A DNA stretch of 64,000 bases from Alphaproteobacteria bacterium (GTDB lineage: Bacteria; Pseudomonadota; Alphaproteobacteria; Rs-D84; CACZYB01): assembly GCA_051885355.1 (NCBI GenBank), contig JBJEXC010000001.1:14359-78358 (forward strand). The letters are read 5' to 3'. The notes beneath the pieces are model-generated. The model was not told the DNA's origin, made no database searches, and was given only the letters and a program-made list of their open reading frames with translations. How positions within the stretch are numbered: position 1 is the first letter of the stretch; the number at the start of each line of letters is the position of its first letter. Positions 48,889 through 58,873 of this stretch are shown here, piece by piece. A program made the translations under genes and the position numbers.

Positions 48889-50017
48889 ATTTATTACCTC
48901 TACCATTATATTCTTGTAGTAATGCAAGTAAAAGCCCTATCCCAAGACAAGAAGAAATAAACGATGAACCACCATAAGAAATAAATGGCAAAGTCATTCC
49001 CTTTGTTGGTATAAGTGCTAAATTAGAACAAATATTTACACATAATTGAAATGTAAAATATGTTGCAATTCCAGTCCCCGCAAAAATCACAAACGGATTT
49101 TTCTTTTCTTTTAAAATATTAAAAATCCTAATAAGCATCATAAAAAATATGATAAGAAGTATTATTGAAAGAAGAGAACCCATTTCCTCCACCATCGCAG
49201 AAAAAATAAAATCAGTATGCACATCAGGTATCATCTTTTTTAAATTATTTGTATGACTTCCAAAAAGACCCGCCTCTTTTATAGTTTGCAAAGCCTTTTC
49301 AATTTGATAATGATCCTTGTCACCACTTTTATCTAAAAATTGATTTATACGATTGTAAAAGTGTGGCAAAGTAAAATATGCCATACATAGCACAGAAATA
49401 CCAAGCCCTACCAATCCAAAAATCCATTTCCATGCAAGACCCGCAACAAATACCTCTGCAAAAAATATCATACAAAAAGTAGTAAGCATACCAATGTCAG
49501 GTTGAAAAAATAAAACTCCACCAACCGCAACCATTACTCCAATCAAAAGAAATATATTGTTCTTCATTCTTTTTTTATCATCCAAAGTTTGAAATTCTTT
49601 AATCCTTACAAGTATAAGAGCAATTACTATTGCAAAAACAGGTTTTAAAATTTCTGATGGTTGTATAGAAATTCCAATCCTTATCCAACGCCTTGCCCCC
49701 TTTATCGGTTCAAAAAAGAATGTTGCAAGAAGACAGAAAAACAAAGCAATAAATCCAATACACGATAAGCGCTTAATATTTTTCATTGAAAGAAATGATG
49801 AAATCAAAAGAACCGCAAACCCAATTCCAACATATCCTAAATATTTATCTATATAATAATGACTATTAAGTCTTCCTCTTATCGCAGAATATGGACTTGC
49901 TGCAAAAATCATAAAAACCCCAATACCTATTAAAAACAAAGTTTCTACAAAGATGGCTTTATCTAAACTAAACCACCATTTTGCAAGCCTACTTTTATCA
50001 GTCCTTTGAATAAACAT
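48878..50017 (-). CDS. ftsW: Peptidoglycan glycosyltransferase FtsW (SEDS family)
   Basis: 10-TM SEDS protein in the canonical dcw position between murD and murG. Confidence 0.85.
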   Translation of the reverse strand: MFIQRTDKSRLAKWWFSLDKAIFVETLFLIGIGVFMIFAASPYSAIRGRLNSHYYIDKYLGYVGIGFAVLLISSFLSMKNIKRLSCIGFIALFFCLLATFFFEPIKGARRWIRIGISIQPSEILKPVFAIVIALILVRIKEFQTLDDKKRMKNNIFLLIGVMVAVGGVLFFQPDIGMLTTFCMIFFAEVFVAGLAWKWIFGLVGLGISVLCMAYFTLPHFYNRINQFLDKSGDKDHYQIEKALQTIKEAGLFGSHTNNLKKMIPDVHTDFIFSAMVEEMGSLLSIILLIIFFMMLIRIFNILKEKKNPFVIFAGTGIATYFTFQLCVNICSNLALIPTKGMTLPFISYGGSSFISSCLGIGLLLALLQEYNGRGNKYEK

Positions 50018-50019
50018 AT

Positions 50020-51438
50020 TTATCCCAGTTTATTTTTATATTTTGCAATAATATTTTTTACTATTGTTTTAAAATGTTCACCTCTTGCTTCAAAAGATTT
50101 ATATTGATCAAACGAAGCACACGCAGGGGACAAAATCACAACAGGATTAGTAACCTTTTTCTTTTTTAAATCATGAATAGCAAGTTTAAAGGCCTTAATT
50201 ACAGCCTTATCCAACTTATGACATTTATATGTAGGAACAATTTTCTTTGTTTGATTATAAAACTCATTTTCACATTCCCCAATGGTAAAGATTCGTTTTA
50301 TATTTCCATTTGAAAGTTGAGGTATCAAAATATTAATTCCTCCCTCTTTCTTTCTTCCTCCAATAATCCAATAAACATCATCAAGGGACGAAATTGCGTA
50401 TTGTGTAGCCTCCGCATTAGTAGCCTTTGAATCATTTATAAATTCAACAGAGGCAAAATCAGCAACCTTTTCAACTCTGTGTTCCAAAGGTGTAAAAGTT
50501 TTTATTGCATTAAGTATTTTTGATGTTGCAATTCCAACTCTCTTTGCAACCGCAAAACTTACAACAATATTTTGCCAATTATGCTTTCCTTTTAAATTTG
50601 AAAGTGTTTTAAGGTCAAATAATTCCTTCTTTTCCCCCTTTGTATTATCAATTAAAATTCCAAAAGAATTTACATAATACCCATCAACTTTTCTGTTAAA
50701 TGAAACAGGAATATTATGCACCAAAGAAGAAGATTCCTTTTGAAGTTCATTAAAAATTTTCTTCGTATATTCATCATCAACAGCAATGACATTTGAGAAA
50801 TTTTTCTTTGATACTCTGTTAAATATTCGCTTTTTAACATTGACATATCCATCCATTCCATTATGTCTTGATAAATGATCAGGAGTAATATTTAAAAGTG
50901 CAGATATATCAAAATCAATAGATGGAGAAAGTTCAATCTGATAACTTGACATTTCAAACACATACCAACCATCACTTCCAAGATTTGGCAAATCAAAAAC
51001 CGGTATCCCAAAATTTCCACCAATAGCAGTAGGAATCTCATTTTCCTTTAATATATGATGCACCAAAGCCGTAGTTGTCGACTTTCCATTTGTTCCTGTA
51101 ATTCCTATGTAATGTGCATCTTTATAAGTCGAAACAAACAACTCTATATCATCAAGAATTTTAACCCCAGCATCTTTTGCCCTTTGTGCAATAGGATGAG
51201 GAGCAGGGTATGTATGAGGTATCCCAGGGCTTATCACCAAAAATTCCACAGAACCAAAATCAACACTCATAAGGTCCTGAATAGTTGCCCCAAAGTTTGA
51301 TGCCTCTTTCCTTAATTCCTCTTTATTATCCCACGCTATGACATGAATCCCGCGTTGCTTTAATTCCCTAACAACAGCCATACCACTTTTCCCAAGTCCA
51401 AATACAGCGACTGTTTTATTAAGCAAATTATTTATCAT
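50020..51438 (-). CDS. murD: UDP-N-acetylmuramoylalanine--D-glutamate ligase
   Basis: GLGKSG and GITGTNGKSTT motifs. Start placed at Met 18 of the track ORF. Confidence 0.9.
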   Translation of the reverse strand: MINNLLNKTVAVFGLGKSGMAVVRELKQRGIHVIAWDNKEELRKEASNFGATIQDLMSVDFGSVEFLVISPGIPHTYPAPHPIAQRAKDAGVKILDDIELFVSTYKDAHYIGITGTNGKSTTTALVHHILKENEIPTAIGGNFGIPVFDLPNLGSDGWYVFEMSSYQIELSPSIDFDISALLNITPDHLSRHNGMDGYVNVKKRIFNRVSKKNFSNVIAVDDEYTKKIFNELQKESSSLVHNIPVSFNRKVDGYYVNSFGILIDNTKGEKKELFDLKTLSNLKGKHNWQNIVVSFAVAKRVGIATSKILNAIKTFTPLEHRVEKVADFASVEFINDSKATNAEATQYAISSLDDVYWIIGGRKKEGGINILIPQLSNGNIKRIFTIGECENEFYNQTKKIVPTYKCHKLDKAVIKAFKLAIHDLKKKKVTNPVVILSPACASFDQYKSFEARGEHFKTIVKNIIAKYKNKLG

Positions 51439-51451
51439 TTTTGTTACGCCT

Positions 51452-52525
51452 CTATCTAATTTTAAGTGATGATAAAGCAATAAGAGCAAGTATTATAGAT
51501 ATAATCCAAAATCTTAACACGACAGTTTGCTCACTCCAACCTTTAAGTTCAAAGTGATGATGTATAGGTGCCATTTTGAAAATTCCTTTACCTCTTAATC
51601 TAAATGATGCAAGTTGCAACATCACAGAAATTGCTTCCACAACAAAAATTGCACCACAAATAAGAAGTAAAAATTCACTCTTTGTAATAACACTTATTAC
51701 TCCCAAAGCAGAACCTATTGCAAGAGAACCTACATCTCCCATAAATATTTTTGCTGGATACGCATTGAACCATAAAAATCCTAACACAGCACCAATCAAA
51801 CTTCCGATAAAGACTGTAATTTCACCAGCCCCCGGCACATAAGGAAGAAATAGGTAAAGTGAAAAGTCAGCCCTTCCAATTAAATAAGATACAATTAAAA
51901 ATACAACAAGAGAACTAAGCATAATCATACTTGCAAGTCCATCAATTCCATCAGTTAAATTCACCGCGTTTGATGTTCCAACAATAACAAACGCAACAAA
52001 AATAAAATACAAAATTCCAATATCCCAAAGAATGTTTTTGAAAAATGGAACAGTTATTGCAGTTTTAAATTCGTATGGCATCAAAGAATAAATTCCATAA
52101 CATGCAATACCACTTAATATAAATTGTAAAACAAGTCTAAGTTTTGCAGATAATCCACGATAAGCATTTCCATGCACCACTTTGAAATAATCATCAATAA
52201 AACCGATAAGTCCAAATGCAATCATTGTAAAAAGCACAATCCATACATAACCATTTTTTAAATTACACCATAAAAGAGAAGATACAAGGATTGAAAAAAT
52301 CATCAACACACCACCCATAGTAGGTGTCCCTTGTTTTTTCAAATGCGATTGAGGCCCCTCTTTCCTTATAGGTTGAGCAAATTTATTTTTAATAAAATTT
52401 ATAAACCTTGTTCCAAACATTAAATATATAAAAAGTGATGTTAAAAGAGCAGCACCAGTTCTGAAAGTTATATATCTAAATATGTTAAAAATACCATCCC
52501 ATTGACTTACTAAACTATAAAACAT
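51452..52525 (-). CDS. mraY: Phospho-N-acetylmuramoyl-pentapeptide transferase
   Basis: 10-TM protein with conserved DD..DG.DGLA and HHH motifs. Confidence 0.95.
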   Translation of the reverse strand: MFYSLVSQWDGIFNIFRYITFRTGAALLTSLFIYLMFGTRFINFIKNKFAQPIRKEGPQSHLKKQGTPTMGGVLMIFSILVSSLLWCNLKNGYVWIVLFTMIAFGLIGFIDDYFKVVHGNAYRGLSAKLRLVLQFILSGIACYGIYSLMPYEFKTAITVPFFKNILWDIGILYFIFVAFVIVGTSNAVNLTDGIDGLASMIMLSSLVVFLIVSYLIGRADFSLYLFLPYVPGAGEITVFIGSLIGAVLGFLWFNAYPAKIFMGDVGSLAIGSALGVISVITKSEFLLLICGAIFVVEAISVMLQLASFRLRGKGIFKMAPIHHHFELKGWSEQTVVLRFWIISIILALIALSSLKIR

Positions 52526-52632
52526 TTTTGATTCCTTTTAATTTTTTTAAACTAATTTATTATACCACATAATATAGTATTTTTCAAAAGTTTTTTAAAA
52601 CTAATTTAACATTATGATTTTATTTATTATTT

Positions 52633-54291
52633 TTAATTTAAGTTAAGTTTCGGTATAATTTCTTCAATAATCTTTGCAGATACTGGCACCGTAGTACAAG
52701 CAGAAGTTACACAGCCATTATTATTTGCCTCATCAAGCATTATAAGCATAGTGTATTTAGGATCTTCTATCGGAAAAATTGAAACAAAAAATGTTCTAAG
52801 AATTTTATCATTATACTTTCCATCAACAAGTTTTAAAGCAGTTCCAGTTTTTCCACCAGCCTTTATACTTTTAAGATTCGCCTTAACTCCAGTTCCATCT
52901 GTAATCACAAGCCTCATCAATTTTTTTATTTCATATGAAGTTTTGCTATTTACAACTTGATATGATTTCAAAATTTTATTTTTATCCCTTTTTATTAAAG
53001 TAGGATTTACATACATTCCGTCATTTATAATCGCATTCACAGCACTTATTGTATGAAGTAAACTTATTGAAATACCATATCCATACGCCGAAGTTGCATT
53101 TACATTATCATTCCATTTTTTTGGGAAAATAGGAAAGCCTCTTTCTGGAAGTTCAAAATTCATTTTTGAAAAGAACCCAAGTTTTTTGAAAAAATTAGTT
53201 TGCTTTTTTTCACCTAACTCCATCGCAATCATTGCCGATGCAATATTAGAAGAATAAATAAAAGCCTCCTCCATATTAATTTTCCATTTCTTAGGATGAG
53301 AATCTTTTACTCTGAAATTACCAATCATAAAAGGTTTTGAAACATCAAAAAGTCTGTCCTTTGGATAATTATTTTCAAGCGCCAAAGCCGTATTGAAAAT
53401 TTTCATCACAGAACCAATTTCATACACATCAAGCGTAATATGATTATTATAAAGCGAACTTGAAATAATTTTTTTTGCATCATTATTATGGAAATCAGGA
53501 AGAGATACCATACCCAAAATTTCCCCAGTTTTCACATCCATAACAATTCCGGCCGCACTTTTTGCTTTAAAATTTTTCATTGCATTTGTTAAATTTTGCC
53601 TTATCGCATCTTGAATATAGATATCCACTGAAAGAACGATAGGATTTTTAGAACTTGTTAAATCATTGTCATCAATATATTTTTCAATACCACTTGTTCC
53701 CCTGTTATCAATATCTATATTCCCAATTATATGAGGGAACAAATTGCTTTGTGGATAAAATCTGTAATCTGTTTCATAGGCACCCAAAGCAGGCTCTCCT
53801 ATCATAAGAAGTTTTTCGCGTTCCGATGGTGAAATTTTCCTATCAAGATAAACAAATTTTTTATCAGATTTGATTTTTTTCAAAACATCATCATATTTTA
53901 AATCAGTTAAAATTTTTACCAACTCACTTGCTGTTCTTTCTGGATAAATAATTTTATGTGGTTCCACATATAAATCCAAAGTTGGAAGATTTACCGCCAA
54001 CAATTCTCCATTTCTATCCGTTATATCAGGTCGAGAAAATCTCCTTAATTGAGAATTTGTATTATAATTTTTTTCTTCAAAGAAAGAAAGATTTATACTT
54101 AAAGATAATGTTCTAAGTATAATAACAGTAAATATTAAATAAATAAAAAATAAAATAAAATTAAGTCTGTTTATAATAATATTTTTTTTCCGCTTTATTT
54201 TTACCCATGAAAGAGGAATATCCATCCCAAAATTGAAATTGTTTTTTGATATACCAATATTATCAAGATGTTTTTTTAATAATTTTTTCAT
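52633..54291 (-). CDS. ftsI: Peptidoglycan D,D-transpeptidase FtsI (PBP3-like)
   Basis: N-terminal TM anchor, dimerisation domain, and transpeptidase SxxK (SVMK), SSN, KTGT motifs. Confidence 0.85.
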   Translation of the reverse strand: MKKLLKKHLDNIGISKNNFNFGMDIPLSWVKIKRKKNIIINRLNFILFFIYLIFTVIILRTLSLSINLSFFEEKNYNTNSQLRRFSRPDITDRNGELLAVNLPTLDLYVEPHKIIYPERTASELVKILTDLKYDDVLKKIKSDKKFVYLDRKISPSEREKLLMIGEPALGAYETDYRFYPQSNLFPHIIGNIDIDNRGTSGIEKYIDDNDLTSSKNPIVLSVDIYIQDAIRQNLTNAMKNFKAKSAAGIVMDVKTGEILGMVSLPDFHNNDAKKIISSSLYNNHITLDVYEIGSVMKIFNTALALENNYPKDRLFDVSKPFMIGNFRVKDSHPKKWKINMEEAFIYSSNIASAMIAMELGEKKQTNFFKKLGFFSKMNFELPERGFPIFPKKWNDNVNATSAYGYGISISLLHTISAVNAIINDGMYVNPTLIKRDKNKILKSYQVVNSKTSYEIKKLMRLVITDGTGVKANLKSIKAGGKTGTALKLVDGKYNDKILRTFFVSIFPIEDPKYTMLIMLDEANNNGCVTSACTTVPVSAKIIEEIIPKLNLN

Positions 54292-54297
54292 AACTTT

Positions 54298-54663
54298 CTA
54301 CTCAAACAAAGGGTTAATAGGTATATCAACAATTTTTATAAAATCATTTGTATTTATATTATGATAATTTTTAAGAAATTTATTTGATAAAGTTTTTACT
54401 TTTGATATAGAAGTTAGATGAGAAATTTCTGTTTCCAAAACCTTTATTTCAACATCACTATCTTTGATTTGTGTTTCTAAAACATTAATTTCATTTTGAA
54501 AATCGTTTATACGATATTGTAACCTAGAAGAATATATCCCTAAGGATAAAATGACAATACCTGTAAAAATTATAATAACTTTGTTCACTTTTCCCCCAAA
54601 ATATAAACTAAATTTTTTGAAACGCCCGAAGTTTTGCTGATCTCGCCCTCGGATTATTTTCAA
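54298..54663 (-). CDS. ftsL: Cell division protein FtsL-like
   Basis: Short bitopic protein (1 TM + coiled-coil) between rsmH and ftsI; overlaps rsmH 3' end as usual. Confidence 0.5.
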   Translation of the reverse strand: MKIIRGRDQQNFGRFKKFSLYFGGKVNKVIIIFTGIVILSLGIYSSRLQYRINDFQNEINVLETQIKDSDVEIKVLETEISHLTSISKVKTLSNKFLKNYHNINTNDFIKIVDIPINPLFE

Positions 54664-55543
54664 TTTCCTTTACATTTGGTATTATAACATTTTTTAACAG
54701 ATTCTTAAAGCGTATTTTATCATTATCTAAATTTTGCGTTGTATCAGGCAAATATCTAGAAGTTGCATTAAGGTGCAAAGTATTTTCCTTTATAAAATTT
54801 TTAACAATCCTGTCTTCAAGAGAATGAAAATCCACAACAACAAATCTTCCACCACTTGCAAGTATTTCATAACTGTCATCCAATACTTTTGAAAGTTCCC
54901 CTAACTCATCATTTACAAAAATACGAAGGGCTTGAAATATTCTAGGTATAATTTTATTTGCTTGCCATTCTCCAAACATAGCCTTTATTAAATCAGTTAA
55001 ATCAAAAGAAGTTCTAAACGGTTTCTCACCTCGCTTTAATACAATTCGTTTTGCAATAGCACGCGACCTAGGCTCCTCACCATACTTGTAAAATATATCA
55101 GAAAGTGCTTCTTCTGAAAAATTATTTAACACTTCCTCCGCATCAAATTCATTTTTTCCCATAGCCATAGAAAGTGGAGCATCCATACGAAAAGAAAACC
55201 CTCTGTCCGCATTATCAATTTGCATAGACGATATTCCAATATCAAGCATAACTCCATCAACTGGTGCTATATTATTTTCACGCATAGTTTTTAAAATATT
55301 TGAAAAAGTATCTTGAAAAAATATAAACCTGTCGCCGTATTTTTCCTTTACCTCTTTTACCCTAGGAAAAACATTTTCATCCCTATCAAACGCAATCACT
55401 TTACAATTACATTTATCAAGAAGTGCCGAAGTATATCCACCATTTCCAAATGTTCCATCAATATAAACCCCACCATCAAAAGGAGATATATTTTCAATCA
55501 CTTCGTTAAGCAGAACCGGAATATGTGGATTATCAATCGACAT
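54608..55543 (-). CDS. rsmH: 16S rRNA (cytosine1402-N4)-methyltransferase
   Basis: HIPVLLNEV, DGTFGNGGY SAM motifs. Confidence 0.9.
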   Translation of the reverse strand: MSIDNPHIPVLLNEVIENISPFDGGVYIDGTFGNGGYTSALLDKCNCKVIAFDRDENVFPRVKEVKEKYGDRFIFFQDTFSNILKTMRENNIAPVDGVMLDIGISSMQIDNADRGFSFRMDAPLSMAMGKNEFDAEEVLNNFSEEALSDIFYKYGEEPRSRAIAKRIVLKRGEKPFRTSFDLTDLIKAMFGEWQANKIIPRIFQALRIFVNDELGELSKVLDDSYEILASGGRFVVVDFHSLEDRIVKNFIKENTLHLNATSRYLPDTTQNLDNDKIRFKNLLKNVIIPNVKEIENNPRARSAKLRAFQKI

Positions 55544-55545
55544 TT

Positions 55546-55998
55546 TTAATCCCTTTTAAATGAAAGAGAAGGGCGAATTTTTTGTGCCTTGGTTCGGACA
55601 TCTTCTTGTGATTTATAAAAATCATCCTCATTCCATATTTGAAAAGTTTTTCCCCTTCCAACAAACAAAGCCTTATCCTTTATTCCTGCAAATTCCAATA
55701 AATCAGAAGGGATAACAATTCTTCCAGTTATATCAAACAACAACTGCCTTGCATCAGAAAAAATAAGCGAATTAAGATTTTGGTTTTCCTCACCAAATAA
55801 ATCAAGGTTATCAGTAGCATCAGCCATCTGTTCCATACGGGACATAGTAAAACCTTCAATACATTTATCAGTAAAGGAATGAAAAAGAATAACCCCTTGA
55901 AAATCATCACCCTTAAGAACATTACGAAAATCTGCAGGCACACTTACTCGTCCCTTACTATCAACTTTGTTTTCAATTGTTCCTAAAAATAATGCCAT
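55546..55998 (-). CDS. mraZ: Transcriptional regulator MraZ
   Basis: Two SpoVT/AbrB-like repeats (DSKGRVSVP / ITGRIVIP). Confidence 0.9.
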   Translation of the reverse strand: MALFLGTIENKVDSKGRVSVPADFRNVLKGDDFQGVILFHSFTDKCIEGFTMSRMEQMADATDNLDLFGEENQNLNSLIFSDARQLLFDITGRIVIPSDLLEFAGIKDKALFVGRGKTFQIWNEDDFYKSQEDVRTKAQKIRPSLSFKRD

Positions 55999-56212
55999 AT
56001 TTTCACCTTAATTTGAGTCCAGCATAGTATGGTTTTTTATGGTTGTCAATGACAAAAATATATTTTTAAGTGGTAAAAACTGCCTAAATATGAAAAAATT
56101 AAATAAAAAATCATTTTTTTTAAATAAAAATATTTTTTTACTTGACAATAGAATCGGAATGATTCATAAATAAGTTATGGCGTAAAAATAAAAAGCAAAA
56201 AGGAGAGCAAAT

Positions 56213-56560
56213 ATGGAAAGTAAAAATAAAACAGTTTTAATGACGGTCATTGATACTATTTTAGAAGAGGTTGTATGGGTAAATAAAAACGGTGAAACTA
56301 TTTCATTAAAGGATGCTTTAGCAAAAAATATCCACGAAGGAAATCTTGGAAATATTGAATCTCTTGATAGAAGTGATTTAATCGGGGCATACACATCTTT
56401 CCAAATCAAAAGACAATCCTTTGCTGAAAATACAAAAAATATGACCGATAAAGAAATTGCAGATAAAATCAAACTTTATATATTTGAAGATACTCGTGAA
56501 CAAATGATTTTACTTGAAAAAGAACTGGATATTAAAACAAAAGAAAGAAAAACTGCCTAA
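56213..56560 (+). CDS. Hypothetical protein (115 aa)
   Basis: RBS AAAGGAGAG. Clean ORF followed by a terminator at 56586-56616 (CCCCTTTTGTATGAAAGGGG + T-run). Confidence 0.45.
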   Translation: MESKNKTVLMTVIDTILEEVVWVNKNGETISLKDALAKNIHEGNLGNIESLDRSDLIGAYTSFQIKRQSFAENTKNMTDKEIADKIKLYIFEDTREQMILLEKELDIKTKERKTA

Positions 56561-56677
56561 ATTTTGGACGCAATCCAAGGAAAAAGTCCCCTTTTGTATG
56601 AAAGGGGATTTTCTTCATATTGCTTTTTACCTCATATTATAGCAAAATATATGTGTTAACAACAAAGGAGGTAATAA

Positions 56678-57217
56678 ATGAAAACAAGTCTAAAAACACT
56701 AGCATTAGTATTATTGGCAACTTCTGCTTGCAGTAATAATAATACAACTACAACAACTACTACTACCACAAGAACAAGATCAATAGATGGTAGCACAAAA
56801 ACAACTACAAAATCTGTAAGAAGACCTATGAAGATTTACGAAGAAAAAATCACAGCAGTTCAATGTGACCCATCTGTAAAAGGTGATTTCACATATTGTG
56901 ATTTAAGAGGTGAAGAAATCACAGGTATCGTTAAATTCGAAAATGGAAGTTATGTATATTATGAAAATGGTGCAGAGGTAGACGGTGTTGCAGTTTATCC
57001 AAATAAAAAAGTCCGCACATATCATAACAGAAGCAAAGACGATAAAACTTACACAATAGTAAATTACTATTCTGATGGAAGTATCGCATCTATTGATATA
57101 GCAGATAAAGAAAAAGGTCGTGAAAGCGCACAATATACAAAAGGTTCAGTATATAATGCTCCACAACAACAAGAAAAAATTGATAAATTTACAGAGGTTG
57201 TTGAAGAAAATAACTAA
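56678..57217 (+). CDS. Lipoprotein with poly-Thr linker (hypothetical)
   Basis: RBS AAGGAGG. Signal peptide with lipobox TSAC. NNNTTTTTTTTT low-complexity linker. Terminator hairpin ATCCCTC-AATTCA-GAGGGAT + T-run at 57243-57270. Confidence 0.55.
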   Translation: MKTSLKTLALVLLATSACSNNNTTTTTTTTTRTRSIDGSTKTTTKSVRRPMKIYEEKITAVQCDPSVKGDFTYCDLRGEEITGIVKFENGSYVYYENGAEVDGVAVYPNKKVRTYHNRSKDDKTYTIVNYYSDGSIASIDIADKEKGRESAQYTKGSVYNAPQQQEKIDKFTEVVEENN

Positions 57218-57267
57218 CTATCAAAAATCTTTTTCCTGTGAAAATCCCTCAATTCAGAGGGATTTTT

Positions 57268-58872
57268 TTAAATCTTTATTTTTGCTTCAAATAAATCAGG
57301 TAAATCATTTTCATAAAGTATCACATCACCCTTATGCACATTTTTTGCCGTCCAAATCAAAGCCTCTTTGAAACTGTCAACCAAAATAATTTGCTGATTT
57401 TTATTCATAGAGTTTTTAAATGTATCCACAAAATCCTTTATCCTTTCCGGCACAACAGCAATTACAATATCGCATTTTAAAAGAGCCTCTTTCGCAACCC
57501 TTATATGTTGTTCCTTATGCTTTTTGCCAAGTTCCACCATCCCCGGAGTAATAAGTATTGCCCGCCCATTTGTCGCCAAAGTTTTAAGTGTGCCAAGTGC
57601 CGATATAAATCCATCAACATTTGAATTAAATCCATCATCAATGATAACAGTTCCATCAGCCTGCTTTTTCACTTCCAACCTGTGTTCCACTTGCTTTAAA
57701 GTTTTAAGACTTGCGATAATAGTATCAACAGGAATACCAAGTTTTACCGCCATAATAAATGCCATAGAAATATTATTTGCTTGATGAAGTCCAAATATAG
57801 GAGCCTCTATTTTATAATTCTTTCTATCAAAGGATAATACAAAACTAATCCCATTAATATTTTGCACTATATCAGAAATTTTATAGGTATTTTTGTTTTC
57901 CACACTATCAGATAAAAATATAATATTTTTTATATCCGCTGGGATAAATTTTTTATCCACTTGTAAAGTATTTATCACAGATACACCATTGTTAGAATTT
58001 ACAGACTTTATCAAATCCATTTTTTCTTTTGCTAAACTTTCCTGATTTTTAAAGTTTGCAAAATGTGCAAATCCCACAGCAGTGAGTATCCCAAATTTTG
58101 GTTTTATAAGAGAACAAATTTTCTTAATTTTACCCTTTGCCGAAGTCCCCACTTCCACAATAAAATATTTATGATTTTTTTTCAAATCAGACCTTATTAC
58201 CTGCGTAATTCCCATTAATGTATTAATACTTCTTGCGGTAGTGAGTGTTGGAGCAACCGAAGATACAATATGATGAAGTATATTTTTTGTGGATGTTTTT
58301 CCAAACGAACCAGTAATTCCGATTACAACAGGTTTTACCTCATCTAATTTCTTCTCCGCCTCCTTTACATATTTATGTCTTATAAAAATTTCAAATGGTT
58401 TTAAAAGTATGTTTGAAACAATAAGCATAAATGGAATTGCTTGTATCAAAAGAAGTAAATATCCAACCTCTTCACATAAACAATAATTTTTTAAATTATG
58501 TAAGTTATAAAATATCATTCCTGCAAAAACTGAATCTATCAAAACTGATAAATAAAGTATTCGCTTTGCTCTTAGTGTTAATACCAATTTCTTTTTTGAG
58601 TTTGCCGACATTGGATTAAATTGAATAAATGCAAATAATGTGAATATTACAAATAATGCCAACATATCAATAGTGTAATTTTTATATGCAATAGAAAATA
58701 CTGTGTATAAAAAAATAACAACAGTTAAATATTTATCAATCAATTGCAATTTGTGAAAAATAAATTTAAAAAAGTTTTTGTTTTCATATCCTTCTTGTTG
58801 AAAAAAATGAAGCGATAACAAACTTCTTTTGTATGCAAAAAATATAAATGCAATAGTAGCGACAATAAACAT
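57268..58872 (-). CDS. murF: MurF-like Mur ligase with N-terminal ~165-aa polytopic membrane domain
   Basis: Mur ligase P-loop GITGSFGKTSTK. C-terminal domain aligns to MurF (…IIDDGFNSNVDGFISAL…, LITPGMVELGKK). N-terminal 4-5 hydrophobic helices replace the usual MurF N-domain. Confidence 0.7.
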   Translation of the reverse strand: MFIVATIAFIFFAYKRSLLSLHFFQQEGYENKNFFKFIFHKLQLIDKYLTVVIFLYTVFSIAYKNYTIDMLALFVIFTLFAFIQFNPMSANSKKKLVLTLRAKRILYLSVLIDSVFAGMIFYNLHNLKNYCLCEEVGYLLLLIQAIPFMLIVSNILLKPFEIFIRHKYVKEAEKKLDEVKPVVIGITGSFGKTSTKNILHHIVSSVAPTLTTARSINTLMGITQVIRSDLKKNHKYFIVEVGTSAKGKIKKICSLIKPKFGILTAVGFAHFANFKNQESLAKEKMDLIKSVNSNNGVSVINTLQVDKKFIPADIKNIIFLSDSVENKNTYKISDIVQNINGISFVLSFDRKNYKIEAPIFGLHQANNISMAFIMAVKLGIPVDTIIASLKTLKQVEHRLEVKKQADGTVIIDDGFNSNVDGFISALGTLKTLATNGRAILITPGMVELGKKHKEQHIRVAKEALLKCDIVIAVVPERIKDFVDTFKNSMNKNQQIILVDSFKEALIWTAKNVHKGDVILYENDLPDLFEAKIKI

Positions 58873-58873
58873 T

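Noticed and set aside
47791-48927. Longer murG start (MHYYKNIMVEVIN…)
   Set aside because: The conserved MurG N-terminus begins at MKNNKKIRVVIGAGGTGGH, and the extension would overlap ftsW by 50 nt. Internal start preferred.
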